This document shows positions 1 to 9,626 of a DNA stretch of 35,511 bases, piece by piece. The stretch covers positions 1 through 35,511 of the forward strand of contig JBBRXO010000016.1 in assembly GCA_038248345.1 (NCBI GenBank), written 5' to 3'. Below the pieces are notes generated by a model. That model saw nothing but the letters and a program-made list of their open reading frames with translations, searched no databases and was not told where the DNA came from. The position numbers and the translations under genes were made by a program. Source of the stretch: Armatimonadota bacterium. GTDB lineage: Bacteria > Armatimonadota > Hebobacteria > CAIYQO01. Every line of letters starts with the position of its first letter. Position 1 is the stretch's first letter.

Positions 1-692
<692 letters not shown>

Positions 693-778
693 TCATACTT
701 CCTTCTGTCTATTGGTGCCTGTCTTCAGACCCAATTATATCTTTCGCTACCGCCAAAGCTAATACCTTTCTGGATATG

Positions 779-877
779 TTTTGGACAGAAGAACAGAAGA
801 ACAAAAAAGGCTTCGCCCCCATAACTCACTCACCCGGCGAAGCCGTCTTTTTGTTTTTATGTTCTTATGTCCCAAAA
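779..877 (-). terminator. Long imperfect inverted repeat containing a probable intrinsic terminator of lnt
   Basis: Core stem GGCTTCGCC(809-817)/GGCGAAGCC(836-844) followed by a T-run on the minus strand, just downstream of the lnt stop. The arms extend to about 40 bp. Confidence 0.65.
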
Positions 878-882
878 GTACC

Positions 883-2547
883 CTACCCACGCGCCCCACG
901 TATCCGTTGCCAACCCCACATGCCAAGATATAACAACAGTAACAGCGCACAGAGGGGCCCGAACATCCAGCCAGCTCGGGTGAACAGGGTACCGGGAGTA
1001 CCGTCGGGGATGAAAGCGGTGCGGGTGCCCGCGGTATAGACGGGGATCTCCGCACCCAGCACATGGCCATCGGGGGCGATGAAGGCGGATATGCCGCAAC
1101 TGGCAGTACGCGCCACCGGCAAGCCGTTCTCTATTGCGCGGAAGCGGGCGTGGTTGAAGTGCAGACGCACGGCGTTAGTGCGTTGGAACCAGGCGTCATT
1201 AGTAATAACCACCAGCATCCGCGCCCCTTTGCTCGCATATTCGCGCGAAATATCGCTGAAGGTGGACTCAAAGCAGATGGCGGTGCCGAAGGGATGGCCG
1301 GTATCATTAATAGTTTTATGCTCTAGGCCGGAGGTAATATCATTCGGGCGCACGGTGAAGAATTTGCTGATAACTGCGCGCCCGGGTACATATTCACCGA
1401 AGGGCACCAGATGAATTTTATCATACTCCGCCACTATCTGCCCGTCTGGAGCGAAGAGATACGCGCCATTGCGGCGTATCGGTGCCGATGAGCCTGGCAG
1501 CCAGGAGATATGCGGGGCGCCCACCAGCAGGTTTGAATCTGTTACCCGCGCTGTCTGGCTGATTATCTGTTGGTTGGTGATGCCATTAAATACCCCGCTG
1601 GACGGGTCGCTGAGTAACGCGCTCTCTGGCCAGATGATCAACCGCTGCTGGCCGGGTATCGCATCACGTTGCGACATCTCTACCAGGGCGAGCAGGCGAC
1701 GGTATGCCTCTACATCGGGGATTGGATGCAGAAATACGTCGGGTGAAAGATCCTTCAGCAGACTGGGTTGCACCAGTGTCACCGTCTGTCCGCTCTTTTC
1801 TCCCTGCCAGCGGGCGACTGCCATGCGGCTTTGCCACACACCCAACTGTGTGCATAAAAGGAATGCGAGGGCGGCTGCGGCAAGGAGCCAGGGCTTTTGC
1901 GAGACGCGCCAATAGTTTATCGCCTCGCCCAGTAGCCAGAGCATAAGGAAAGAGATTAGCGGTACCCCACCGAGTGCGGCGAGGTAGGCCGCCGGGCCTT
2001 CCACCTGCGTCGCCCCCAACTCCGTCCAGGCAAAGCCGAACATCCCCTGCCCACGTAGCCACTCTAACCCTGTCCAGATGACAGCGAAGGCCAGTGGAAA
2101 CAACCGTACCGGTAAGCGTGGTGCCCGGGCGATGAGTACGGTTATCCACGGGAGTAATGCCATAAAGAACGCCAGCAGTACCCAGGGAAGGAGCATTAGC
2201 ACGCCTTCGCCGAAGAGCCGCACCCAGGTGACGCTGCAGAATTGCCAGACGAAACCGAAGAGAAACGCCCCGCGCAGTGCCTGCCGCACCGGTAATTTAT
2301 GCGCAAACCAGAGTAACGGGAATATTGCCGCCCACGCCAGTACCGGGGATGGATGATCCCCCCACCACGTCAATCCTGCGGATAACGGCGGTGACCAAGC
2401 GAATAGACGTGCCATAACAGGTAGTATTTCATTAGGAAATGCCAGTGCCATAAGCAACCCGGCAAGAGGCAAAACCCAGCGCCAGTGACGTATAGGTTCA
2501 TGATTTGGCTCTTTGTCGATGTTTGCCATTGGCAGTGCTTCGCTCAT
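883..2547 (-). CDS. lnt: Apolipoprotein N-acyltransferase
   Basis: N-terminal TM region and nitrilase-fold motifs IIWPESA, YDKIHLVPFGEYVP, AICFES, ITNDAWF, RAIENG. Start taken at MSEALPM (2547) or MANIDK (2529), not 2835. Confidence 0.95.
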   Translation of the reverse strand: MSEALPMANIDKEPNHEPIRHWRWVLPLAGLLMALAFPNEILPVMARLFAWSPPLSAGLTWWGDHPSPVLAWAAIFPLLWFAHKLPVRQALRGAFLFGFVWQFCSVTWVRLFGEGVLMLLPWVLLAFFMALLPWITVLIARAPRLPVRLFPLAFAVIWTGLEWLRGQGMFGFAWTELGATQVEGPAAYLAALGGVPLISFLMLWLLGEAINYWRVSQKPWLLAAAALAFLLCTQLGVWQSRMAVARWQGEKSGQTVTLVQPSLLKDLSPDVFLHPIPDVEAYRRLLALVEMSQRDAIPGQQRLIIWPESALLSDPSSGVFNGITNQQIISQTARVTDSNLLVGAPHISWLPGSSAPIRRNGAYLFAPDGQIVAEYDKIHLVPFGEYVPGRAVISKFFTVRPNDITSGLEHKTINDTGHPFGTAICFESTFSDISREYASKGARMLVVITNDAWFQRTNAVRLHFNHARFRAIENGLPVARTASCGISAFIAPDGHVLGAEIPVYTAGTRTAFIPDGTPGTLFTRAGWMFGPLCALLLLLYLGMWGWQRIRGARG

Positions 2548-2660
2548 ATCTGTATAATACAAGAAATACGATAATTTGTTACCAATAAGCGGCATTTGCA
2601 GACCATCTTTCTCGCTGGGATTAAAATCCCGGTATAATAATGGTTTTTGCTTGTCGTTCA

Positions 2661-2683
2661 CTTGGAACTTGGAACTTGGAACT
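2661..2683 (+). repeat. Heptamer tandem repeat (CTTGGAA)x3 just upstream of a start codon
   Basis: CTTGGAACTTGGAACTTGGAACT read directly. Confidence 0.85.
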
Positions 2684-2686
2684 AAT

Positions 2687-3382
2687 ATGCACAAACGCAC
2701 GAAAAGATTATCAATAATACTGGTTACGTTGCTCCCGCTTCTAGCGGGCTGTGCGCGTTTCCCTGCTGAAATCCCTCCGAATGGTGCGCCGGCGCGCACG
2801 TTTTTCAGCGAGATGAGCGTGGCGGGCACTATCAACCCGAACTATTATTACTATCTGGCGTTGGATACCGACGGCAACCCGGCTACGGGCCCGGCGCCGG
2901 TGGCGCAGGGCGTTGGCTGGGGTGTCATCTCGCCTACCCCCGTAAACCAGCCGGTGGCATTGCCTGACTTCTACGTGGTCTACCATGGCGGACAGTTCAT
3001 GCAATATCGTGGTGCGGTCGCCATCGGCCCACCGTATCGCGGCGAGATGCCGGACGCAAAACACCTGCTGGTGGAGATTGATCAAGCGCTTATCGCTACC
3101 ACCGTGCCGTCGTTTGTCCAGCTCAACTGGATCACCCAGGAGGATATTGCCGCCCCCCCGCAGGGCAATGGCATTAAACAATATGACGGTCTGGGCTATA
3201 ATGGCAACAAATACCTTGACCATGTAGTGCTGGACGCGCCCAACATCCGCCAGAGTGGCGTCAATAACGAAGACCCGGAGCTGGCATACAACCAGCAGTA
3301 CCCGGACGGCACCACCGAGAACACCACCAACAACCCGGCCATCGATATGGATGGCTGGCGGGTTGAGGTGCGATTCCGGTAA
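2687..3382 (+). CDS. Lipoprotein of unknown function (possible DOMON/CBM9-like beta-sandwich)
   Basis: MHKRTKRLSIILVTLLPLLAG-C lipobox; YYLALDTDGNPATG motif. Confidence 0.75.
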   Translation: MHKRTKRLSIILVTLLPLLAGCARFPAEIPPNGAPARTFFSEMSVAGTINPNYYYYLALDTDGNPATGPAPVAQGVGWGVISPTPVNQPVALPDFYVVYHGGQFMQYRGAVAIGPPYRGEMPDAKHLLVEIDQALIATTVPSFVQLNWITQEDIAAPPQGNGIKQYDGLGYNGNKYLDHVVLDAPNIRQSGVNNEDPELAYNQQYPDGTTENTTNNPAIDMDGWRVEVRFR

Positions 3383-3417
3383 ACACATGAGCTATTTCGA
3401 GGACGAGAGGAAAAAAG

Positions 3418-4065
3418 ATGAACCTGAAACTACTAGTACTAACTACCTGCACACTGGGATGCGCCCTGATCGTGCAGGCTTCTCCTACCGGGCTGAATAT
3501 CATGCCTACCGCTGATGCGTTAGCGCCGGGGATGTCGAACTATCAGTATGAGTTCAACAGCGAGAAGGCTAATGTGGCGGACCGGGGGACAATTGTGGGG
3601 ACAGAATCCGGGCTGGGGATGGGGATTATGGAAGGAGGCGTGGATCAGATTAGTCACGTCGGCACCGTCTATAACCTCAAAATGATTCTATCACCTGGAT
3701 CGCAGGAGAATCCCGCTCTCGCTGTTGGGGTGCAGAATGTCGGTAGGGATGCCAAACCGCAATACTATCTGGTGGCGAGCAAATCGCTTATCGACATTCC
3801 CGAAGCGCAGACTCGCGCCGCCTTTCACATTGGCGCACTGCTCGATACCGATGGTAGATCGCGCCCGATGTATGGGGGCGACCTGACTGTGGGGATGGTG
3901 GTTGTCAAACTCGACCAAGTGGGATTGGCAAAGACGGGTGTTCACACTGCCATGAGTGCGGGGTTGAAATTCGGCGGATTGACCGCCACTGTCACTTCCT
4001 ATGATATTTACAAAAAAACCGGCAACCTGTCCTACACGCTTGGGTACACCTATTCGTCACAATGA
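3418..4065 (+). CDS. Secreted protein, probable outer-membrane beta-barrel (YjbH-like)
   Basis: Signal peptide ending VQA; PTGLNIMPTADAL N-terminus; alternating hydrophobic strands; C-terminal YTLGYTY. Confidence 0.6.
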   Translation: MNLKLLVLTTCTLGCALIVQASPTGLNIMPTADALAPGMSNYQYEFNSEKANVADRGTIVGTESGLGMGIMEGGVDQISHVGTVYNLKMILSPGSQENPALAVGVQNVGRDAKPQYYLVASKSLIDIPEAQTRAAFHIGALLDTDGRSRPMYGGDLTVGMVVVKLDQVGLAKTGVHTAMSAGLKFGGLTATVTSYDIYKKTGNLSYTLGYTYSSQ

Positions 4066-4079
4066 TAGTAAGAGGCTAA

Positions 4080-5729
4080 ATGGATCTGTTTATCCCTGGC
4101 AATATTGATTTTTCACATCCGCGCTGTACGGCGCAGCAGACCGAGTTCGCCGGTGCGCGTGCTTTCGTGCTGGATAATGGCGTCATCCGCCTGGCAATTT
4201 TGCCGGAGCACGGGGGGCGTATTTGCAGCATCTACTACCGCGCCGCGAATCTGGAGTTGCTCGCTACGGAATTCCTGCATGGCCCGCGCAAGGAAGTTTC
4301 CGTGCGCGGCGGCTGGTGTGCGGCCTTCCCTAGCCTGCTCGCCGACGGCGAGATCATCAGCCGCATTGAATGGGACGGCGAGATAAGCGAGCACACTGAT
4401 GAGCTGGTGACGGTGCGGCTATGGTGCATGGTAGACAAAGTCAGCCACCAGATTGAAGAGCGCGTTCGGGTGACGCCAGGCACCATCATCGTGGAGCGTT
4501 TCATCCGCCTGAAGGCTGGCGAAGCGGCGGTGACGGTGGATGATGTCCTCACTAACCGTAACGTCTGGCCCATGGCTACCACCTGGTCAGGCTCGGTGAA
4601 CCTGCGCGCCCAGCCGGGAGACCGCGCCGTGGCCCCGGTGGAGAGCGTAGAAGTCTTGCGCGGTGTTGGGCCTTACGGTAACGAGTTGGATTTTGGCCTG
4701 CTGGTGGCGACGCCCTTCCAGGCTGTGGCACGCAATCTGCGCGAGGGTGGGCTGGGGTTGCGCTTAAGCGCTGCGCCGGTGGATATCCGCCTTTCCTTCG
4801 ACAAAGAGGTACTCCCCTACGCGCTCATCGGGGCCACGCGGGATGAAAACCGCCCGGCGGAGAACGCCTTTCGCTTCCAGCCAATGGCCACCCCTGCTCC
4901 TATTGCCGACGATTCGCGCGGCGGAGCGCTGATACTGCCGCCGCAACGGCCACTCACCTTGTCCTTGCGGTTGGAGGTCGGTTCCGGCATCATCAGCGGT
5001 GGCGAATTCCATCGCCCCGGTCTGCAGCTATCAGAGATGATCACCAGCCAGCGTGTGCCCACCGGGCGGGTAGCCCTCTGGCGCGTGGGCGAATATGCCA
5101 TCGCGTTGAAGACCCCGCGAAACCTGATGCTACTCATGCCCGAGTTTGGCGAACTAACCCCGCTCACCCCCGCCGATTTGCCGGGGGCGGACTTGCTGCT
5201 CTTCTCCACCGTGCCGGAGAGCGAGGTGTTGCGCACGCTATTGCCACGCTCCGCCGCGCGATTGCTGGGTACCGCAGGGTTGCGCCAGGCGCTCCGCTCC
5301 TCCGGGGTGGAGGATGAACGTTCGGTGGCGCTCTCCCCCGGCGCCCGTTACGATCTGCCCGGTCTGGGCATTCTCGCTACCCCTGCTATCAATGAAGCAG
5401 ACGAAGAGCACCTGGGTTACCTCCTCACCATGGATCACCTCTCGCTCTTCCACACCGGGGTGACGCAATTCATCAGCGAGTTCAACGCTATCGGCGAGCA
5501 GTTTCATCCGCAACTGCTCTTTCTTCCACTGGCCGGGATGTCCGCCACCGATGCAGTACACGCCGCCCGGCAGCTGCAACCGCGCCTGGTGATCCCCATC
5601 GGCGACGAGGACTCCGAGCGTGACTTCATCAGCCGTTGCCGCGCCATGCACCTCCCCTTCCCCGCATACAGCCTCTTCCACGCCGAAGGCAAAATGTTCG
5701 ACGGCTGGAAACTGCTGGGGTTGGGATAG
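4080..5729 (+). CDS. Fusion of a galactose-mutarotase-like/DUF5107-like domain and a degenerate MBL-fold domain
   Basis: LDNGVIRLAILPEHGGRICSI and GGW motifs at the N-terminus. C-terminal GYLL..LFHTGVT..LLFLPL..AVHAARQLQPRLVIP resembles UPF0173/UlaG-type MBL hydrolases. Confidence 0.65.
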   Translation: MDLFIPGNIDFSHPRCTAQQTEFAGARAFVLDNGVIRLAILPEHGGRICSIYYRAANLELLATEFLHGPRKEVSVRGGWCAAFPSLLADGEIISRIEWDGEISEHTDELVTVRLWCMVDKVSHQIEERVRVTPGTIIVERFIRLKAGEAAVTVDDVLTNRNVWPMATTWSGSVNLRAQPGDRAVAPVESVEVLRGVGPYGNELDFGLLVATPFQAVARNLREGGLGLRLSAAPVDIRLSFDKEVLPYALIGATRDENRPAENAFRFQPMATPAPIADDSRGGALILPPQRPLTLSLRLEVGSGIISGGEFHRPGLQLSEMITSQRVPTGRVALWRVGEYAIALKTPRNLMLLMPEFGELTPLTPADLPGADLLLFSTVPESEVLRTLLPRSAARLLGTAGLRQALRSSGVEDERSVALSPGARYDLPGLGILATPAINEADEEHLGYLLTMDHLSLFHTGVTQFISEFNAIGEQFHPQLLFLPLAGMSATDAVHAARQLQPRLVIPIGDEDSERDFISRCRAMHLPFPAYSLFHAEGKMFDGWKLLGLG

Positions 5730-5736
5730 TTACAAT

Positions 5737-5766
5737 TCTGGCACGGACAGAATTGCCCGTGCCAGA
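5737..5766. terminator. Hairpin between convergent genes, putative bidirectional terminator
   Basis: Perfect 10-bp stem TCTGGCACGG/CCGTGCCAGA; no strong U-tract. Confidence 0.6.
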
Positions 5767-5796
5767 GTGCGAGAATCCCTTCACATATCTTAGTGC

Positions 5797-8700
5797 CTAA
5801 TTCGACGCCACTCCCGGTATCGGGATATTCACAATGCCACCGGGTTTGCCGGCGGCATCGGTGCCTTGCAGGTGGAAGAACTGTAGTGTCTGCTTGGGAG
5901 TAAGCACTACCTGCGCGGTGGTGGCGGCCGTTGTCGGGGCATTTATCGGGGTGTTGTCCACGCCGGTGCGCCAGTCTTTCAGTTTGTCATTCGCCCAGCT
6001 GAGCGTCACCTTGTCGGTCACGGTCGGCAGGGCGGTGATATTATCCAGACAATATGATTTGCCGCCATTGTTGAGGTTGAAACCGTAATCGCGCATGTCG
6101 GCGTTGGAGCTCCAGTCGGCAATGATCAACTCCTGTAAGAGCAGTGCCGTCGGAGCTGTGTTTGTCTGTTTGGTGATAGCTTCGGTGAGCATTTTGCCGA
6201 CATTGGCCTCGAAGTGGTGCCAACTACCGTCGGCCACCGCGGGTACTTTGCCCAGGGTATAGACTGCGCTCTGCGCGGGCTTGCCGGTGAGCATCACTTC
6301 ATACCATTTGTTGTTCAGCCGCAGGTAGAGGTTGACTTTCACGCCCATGTCCAGGTTGTAATCGAAGTGCAGATTCGGGGTTTTGAGCAAGTCCACATTT
6401 GCCGGCGCTACGGAAACCGAGAAGTCACCGGAAGGGTAGGAGTTGATGACACGTAAGAAATTGTTGGTCACGCCGCGCCTATCGGTGGCGCTGTCGCGCA
6501 ATATGCGTCCGGCGATAATTCCGGGGCGCTCCACAAAACCATCCTTGCCATTCTCGAAATCGGCCAACGCCAGTGGGGTACCATTCATGGTGACCACGGG
6601 GGTGGGGTAGGGCGTCATATCTTCGTCCTTCATGGTGAGCGGCGCAGCGGCGCGGGGCTCGCCCACCGTCATCTTCTCGGCGAAGATATTGGCGCGAGCG
6701 ATCATCATGCCGTTGTTATGCGTCCAGAAGGCCACGTAGCCACCGGTCAACGGTTTGTCATCTACGTAGGTCATCGCCAGGTGGTTATCAATATAGACGC
6801 GGATCTCGGCTTTACCATCTGCGAGGCTCCGCTTTTCAACGCGCGTGGCAAACCAGACACGGTGTCCGGTGCTCTGGGGAGGCAGCAGGTCTTCCGGCTT
6901 CACGCTCGACATCACCACTTTTCCCTCACGCAACAGCATGGTGGTGGGGATCCCGGCCAGGCGTCCGCCGCGGATTACCGAGTAACCACTGTTGATATGC
7001 TTGCCGTCCGCACAGAAGGTCATGTTCATATCGCGATAGCGGAGGGCATATTGCTCGGCGGAGACAGCGGCATCCACGGCCATCTTTACGCCTTCAAAGA
7101 CTTCGACAACCGAATCGCCCTCAAGTTTATATTTGCTCCACACGGTAGGGTTACCGCCGCCAAACCCGCCATACCAATTCCACTGCGGTTGGCAACTAAA
7201 CTTCTGCATCACCGCCCAGATACCACTCTCGGCGACCCAGCCGGTAGGGGAGACTTCAAATGCATCCATCACGCCATCTGTTTCGATATGCGCATCGCTG
7301 GCCTTTATCCCCGCGGTGGTGACGTTAAAACCGATCATCGTAGCAGGTAAGGGGGCGTCATCATGATATGCGAAGAGCAGGGTGTCACTGGTAACGAACG
7401 CGCTGTCCGTGATGTCAACATCCAAATCCTGTGTGTGGAGCAGATAGTAGGTGCCCTTGCGCTCAAATACCAGTTGTGATTTCGCAGTCACAGCAAAGGT
7501 ATATTCACCAACCAGTTTATCCAATCGAGAAAGCCGGGCAATGCCCTTGCTGTCTTTGACGTTAATCTCGATGGTATACCCGGAAGCGGCGTCATACTCG
7601 TTGGCGAAATGTAACTTCTGTCCTGCCAGGGCACTTAACTGATAAGGAAGCGTGATACGGAAGTCATGATAATGCGCGGCTTTATGCCAGTATAGCCCGG
7701 GCACGTTAGTAGGGAATGGTGAAGCGGCCCCGGCAGTAGCGAAGGGGATGCCCGCGGGTGTTAATAATACCGTGGGAACCGCGACGGGATACCACTCGCC
7801 GTCTTCCGTCGCCCACGCTGCCATATACTTGTCAACCGCAAATTTATTGTGAACTTTCACCTTGTTTAGGCGCGACTCCAAGGCAGCGACAGTGAACTCG
7901 GTGAATACCGGCCCTTTACCTTTCGCCCACAGGCCAATACGTCCTTTGGTAATGGTAGCATCGTAATAATCGAGTACTAGCACATCATTGCAATATAACG
8001 CGACATAGGGGCCGTCAGCTTCTACCCGCAAGTTCAGTTTTCCGGTATCCGTCAGGGTGGCCGTCCCTACGGTGGCGGTGGGAACATAGTTCGCTACTTG
8101 CTTCAGCGTGTGCTTGCCGTCTGAGATATCCCATAGATAGCCATTCCCGGCAGTATCCATATGGAAATACAGGCCCGCGCCTGCGCCATTGGCGGTGAGA
8201 GTGGCATTCATCCGATAACTGGAATTAGCGTAGCTGCCAGTAAGGTAACGCCCGGCGGCCATGGCGGAGAAGACGTTATTACGCGTATCCCAGCTTCCGG
8301 TTTTATCAAAAGCGTACCCGCCTGTTGGCAAGGTATTCTCCTGCCCGGCCCAATCGCCCACCTTTACATCATCAAAATATATCAGCGTGCCGTCTTCCTG
8401 GCTTAAGGTGGAATCATTAGTTTTTTTGTTCGGGTTGAGGGGGTCAGTCACCTCGTACATCTTCACAGTGGCTTCATCGGGGTTAATGCGGCGCGGCTTG
8501 GCGACGCCATCGGCATACATGCCCGCGCGGCCTTCGATGTTACCGGGGTTTGCCCCCTGCATTAGCAGTTGCCCATCGATCAGCACCTGTGCCTGCTGCC
8601 AACCCAGGTTAATCCGCACAGTACTCCATTGCCCAGGCTCAAAGCCGCGCTCCGATTCCGCAATTAACTTCTCGACGCCGTCAATCACTGCAATTAACTG

Positions 8701-9576
8701 GGCACGATGCCCCAGGATGGTATCATATTCACGTTGTTTCCAACGGAAGACCAGATAGTTTTTGTTGTCCTGATAGGCGGCGACTAACCCGACTGTACTG
8801 TCGAAGTCAGGTTTTACCGCAACTTGCACGTAATACTTGTCCCAGAATGGATAGGACATAGTGTTATTGCCTATAGCCCAGGAGGGGCCGACACCGGTGT
8901 AGAGGAACCAGAAGCCGTTGGCAGTGGTCTCCGTCATGGGGAAGAGGCTCAAACGCCAGGGGTTTCTATTCATAATGGGAACGCCCGCTGCATCTTTCGG
9001 TGGGTTAGCGCCCGGATTATCTACCTTATAGTATTGTACTTCCCAGGTAGTGTCTTCCACCCAGGCAGTGGTGCCGGCGGTCACGCCGCTCACGGCATCC
9101 TTGCGCATAAAGTCATCGCCCAACTTGGGGGCGCCAACTTTGCGATAACGCGCCTCGGTGATGGCAATGCTGTCCGGCACCGGCGCGAAGGCGATCTTCT
9201 CACCTATAACTGCGGGCATGGGCACGCTGAAGAGTAGCCGATGTTGAAAGAGCACCGCCATGGTGTCCGGGCGGCGCTTGATGCCGATTGAATATGAACT
9301 GCCCACCGCGAAACTTATCGGCGCGCTCATAGTTGGTGACTTTACACCTGCTGGTTGCCAGCTGATTTTATCAGCGGTAATCTGCAAGATAGCGTCGCCA
9401 TTCGGTTGTGTTATGATGAATTGCAGCGGTGCCTTCGGCGCGGCATTCACCGTCATCGTCCAACTGACATCATACCGCTCCGCCAGCTTATTCGGTAAGC
9501 TGGCAATTGGCGCCTGCGCCCATAGTGGCAGCACACAAGCAGATAGCAATAATAGCGCGCTCAAAAAACGTCTCAT
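5797..9576 (-). CDS. Large secreted multi-domain beta-sandwich protein (ConA-like/DUF1080-like repeats, C-terminal CBM-like domain)
   Basis: Signal peptide MRRFLSALLLLSACVLPLWA-Q; repeated G(R/Y)xG/A(L/M/F)(W/Y) strands, IYFDDVKV, WHHFEANV, YCLDNIT. Alternative start at 9606. Confidence 0.7.
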   Translation of the reverse strand: MRRFLSALLLLSACVLPLWAQAPIASLPNKLAERYDVSWTMTVNAAPKAPLQFIITQPNGDAILQITADKISWQPAGVKSPTMSAPISFAVGSSYSIGIKRRPDTMAVLFQHRLLFSVPMPAVIGEKIAFAPVPDSIAITEARYRKVGAPKLGDDFMRKDAVSGVTAGTTAWVEDTTWEVQYYKVDNPGANPPKDAAGVPIMNRNPWRLSLFPMTETTANGFWFLYTGVGPSWAIGNNTMSYPFWDKYYVQVAVKPDFDSTVGLVAAYQDNKNYLVFRWKQREYDTILGHRAQLIAVIDGVEKLIAESERGFEPGQWSTVRINLGWQQAQVLIDGQLLMQGANPGNIEGRAGMYADGVAKPRRINPDEATVKMYEVTDPLNPNKKTNDSTLSQEDGTLIYFDDVKVGDWAGQENTLPTGGYAFDKTGSWDTRNNVFSAMAAGRYLTGSYANSSYRMNATLTANGAGAGLYFHMDTAGNGYLWDISDGKHTLKQVANYVPTATVGTATLTDTGKLNLRVEADGPYVALYCNDVLVLDYYDATITKGRIGLWAKGKGPVFTEFTVAALESRLNKVKVHNKFAVDKYMAAWATEDGEWYPVAVPTVLLTPAGIPFATAGAASPFPTNVPGLYWHKAAHYHDFRITLPYQLSALAGQKLHFANEYDAASGYTIEINVKDSKGIARLSRLDKLVGEYTFAVTAKSQLVFERKGTYYLLHTQDLDVDITDSAFVTSDTLLFAYHDDAPLPATMIGFNVTTAGIKASDAHIETDGVMDAFEVSPTGWVAESGIWAVMQKFSCQPQWNWYGGFGGGNPTVWSKYKLEGDSVVEVFEGVKMAVDAAVSAEQYALRYRDMNMTFCADGKHINSGYSVIRGGRLAGIPTTMLLREGKVVMSSVKPEDLLPPQSTGHRVWFATRVEKRSLADGKAEIRVYIDNHLAMTYVDDKPLTGGYVAFWTHNNGMMIARANIFAEKMTVGEPRAAAPLTMKDEDMTPYPTPVVTMNGTPLALADFENGKDGFVERPGIIAGRILRDSATDRRGVTNNFLRVINSYPSGDFSVSVAPANVDLLKTPNLHFDYNLDMGVKVNLYLRLNNKWYEVMLTGKPAQSAVYTLGKVPAVADGSWHHFEANVGKMLTEAITKQTNTAPTALLLQELIIADWSSNADMRDYGFNLNNGGKSYCLDNITALPTVTDKVTLSWANDKLKDWRTGVDNTPINAPTTAATTAQVVLTPKQTLQFFHLQGTDAAGKPGGIVNIPIPGVASN

Positions 9577-9626
9577 CTCGAAAAACCCCTTAATATTCAG
9601 AACCATTTTGTGTCATCAGTCTAAAA

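Noticed and set aside
2548..2835. N-terminal extension of Lnt to 650 aa, and the 2576 start of the lipoprotein
   Set aside because: These would overlap the divergent gene and the AT-rich promoter region; the lipobox and Lnt homology fit starts at 2687 and 2547/2529.
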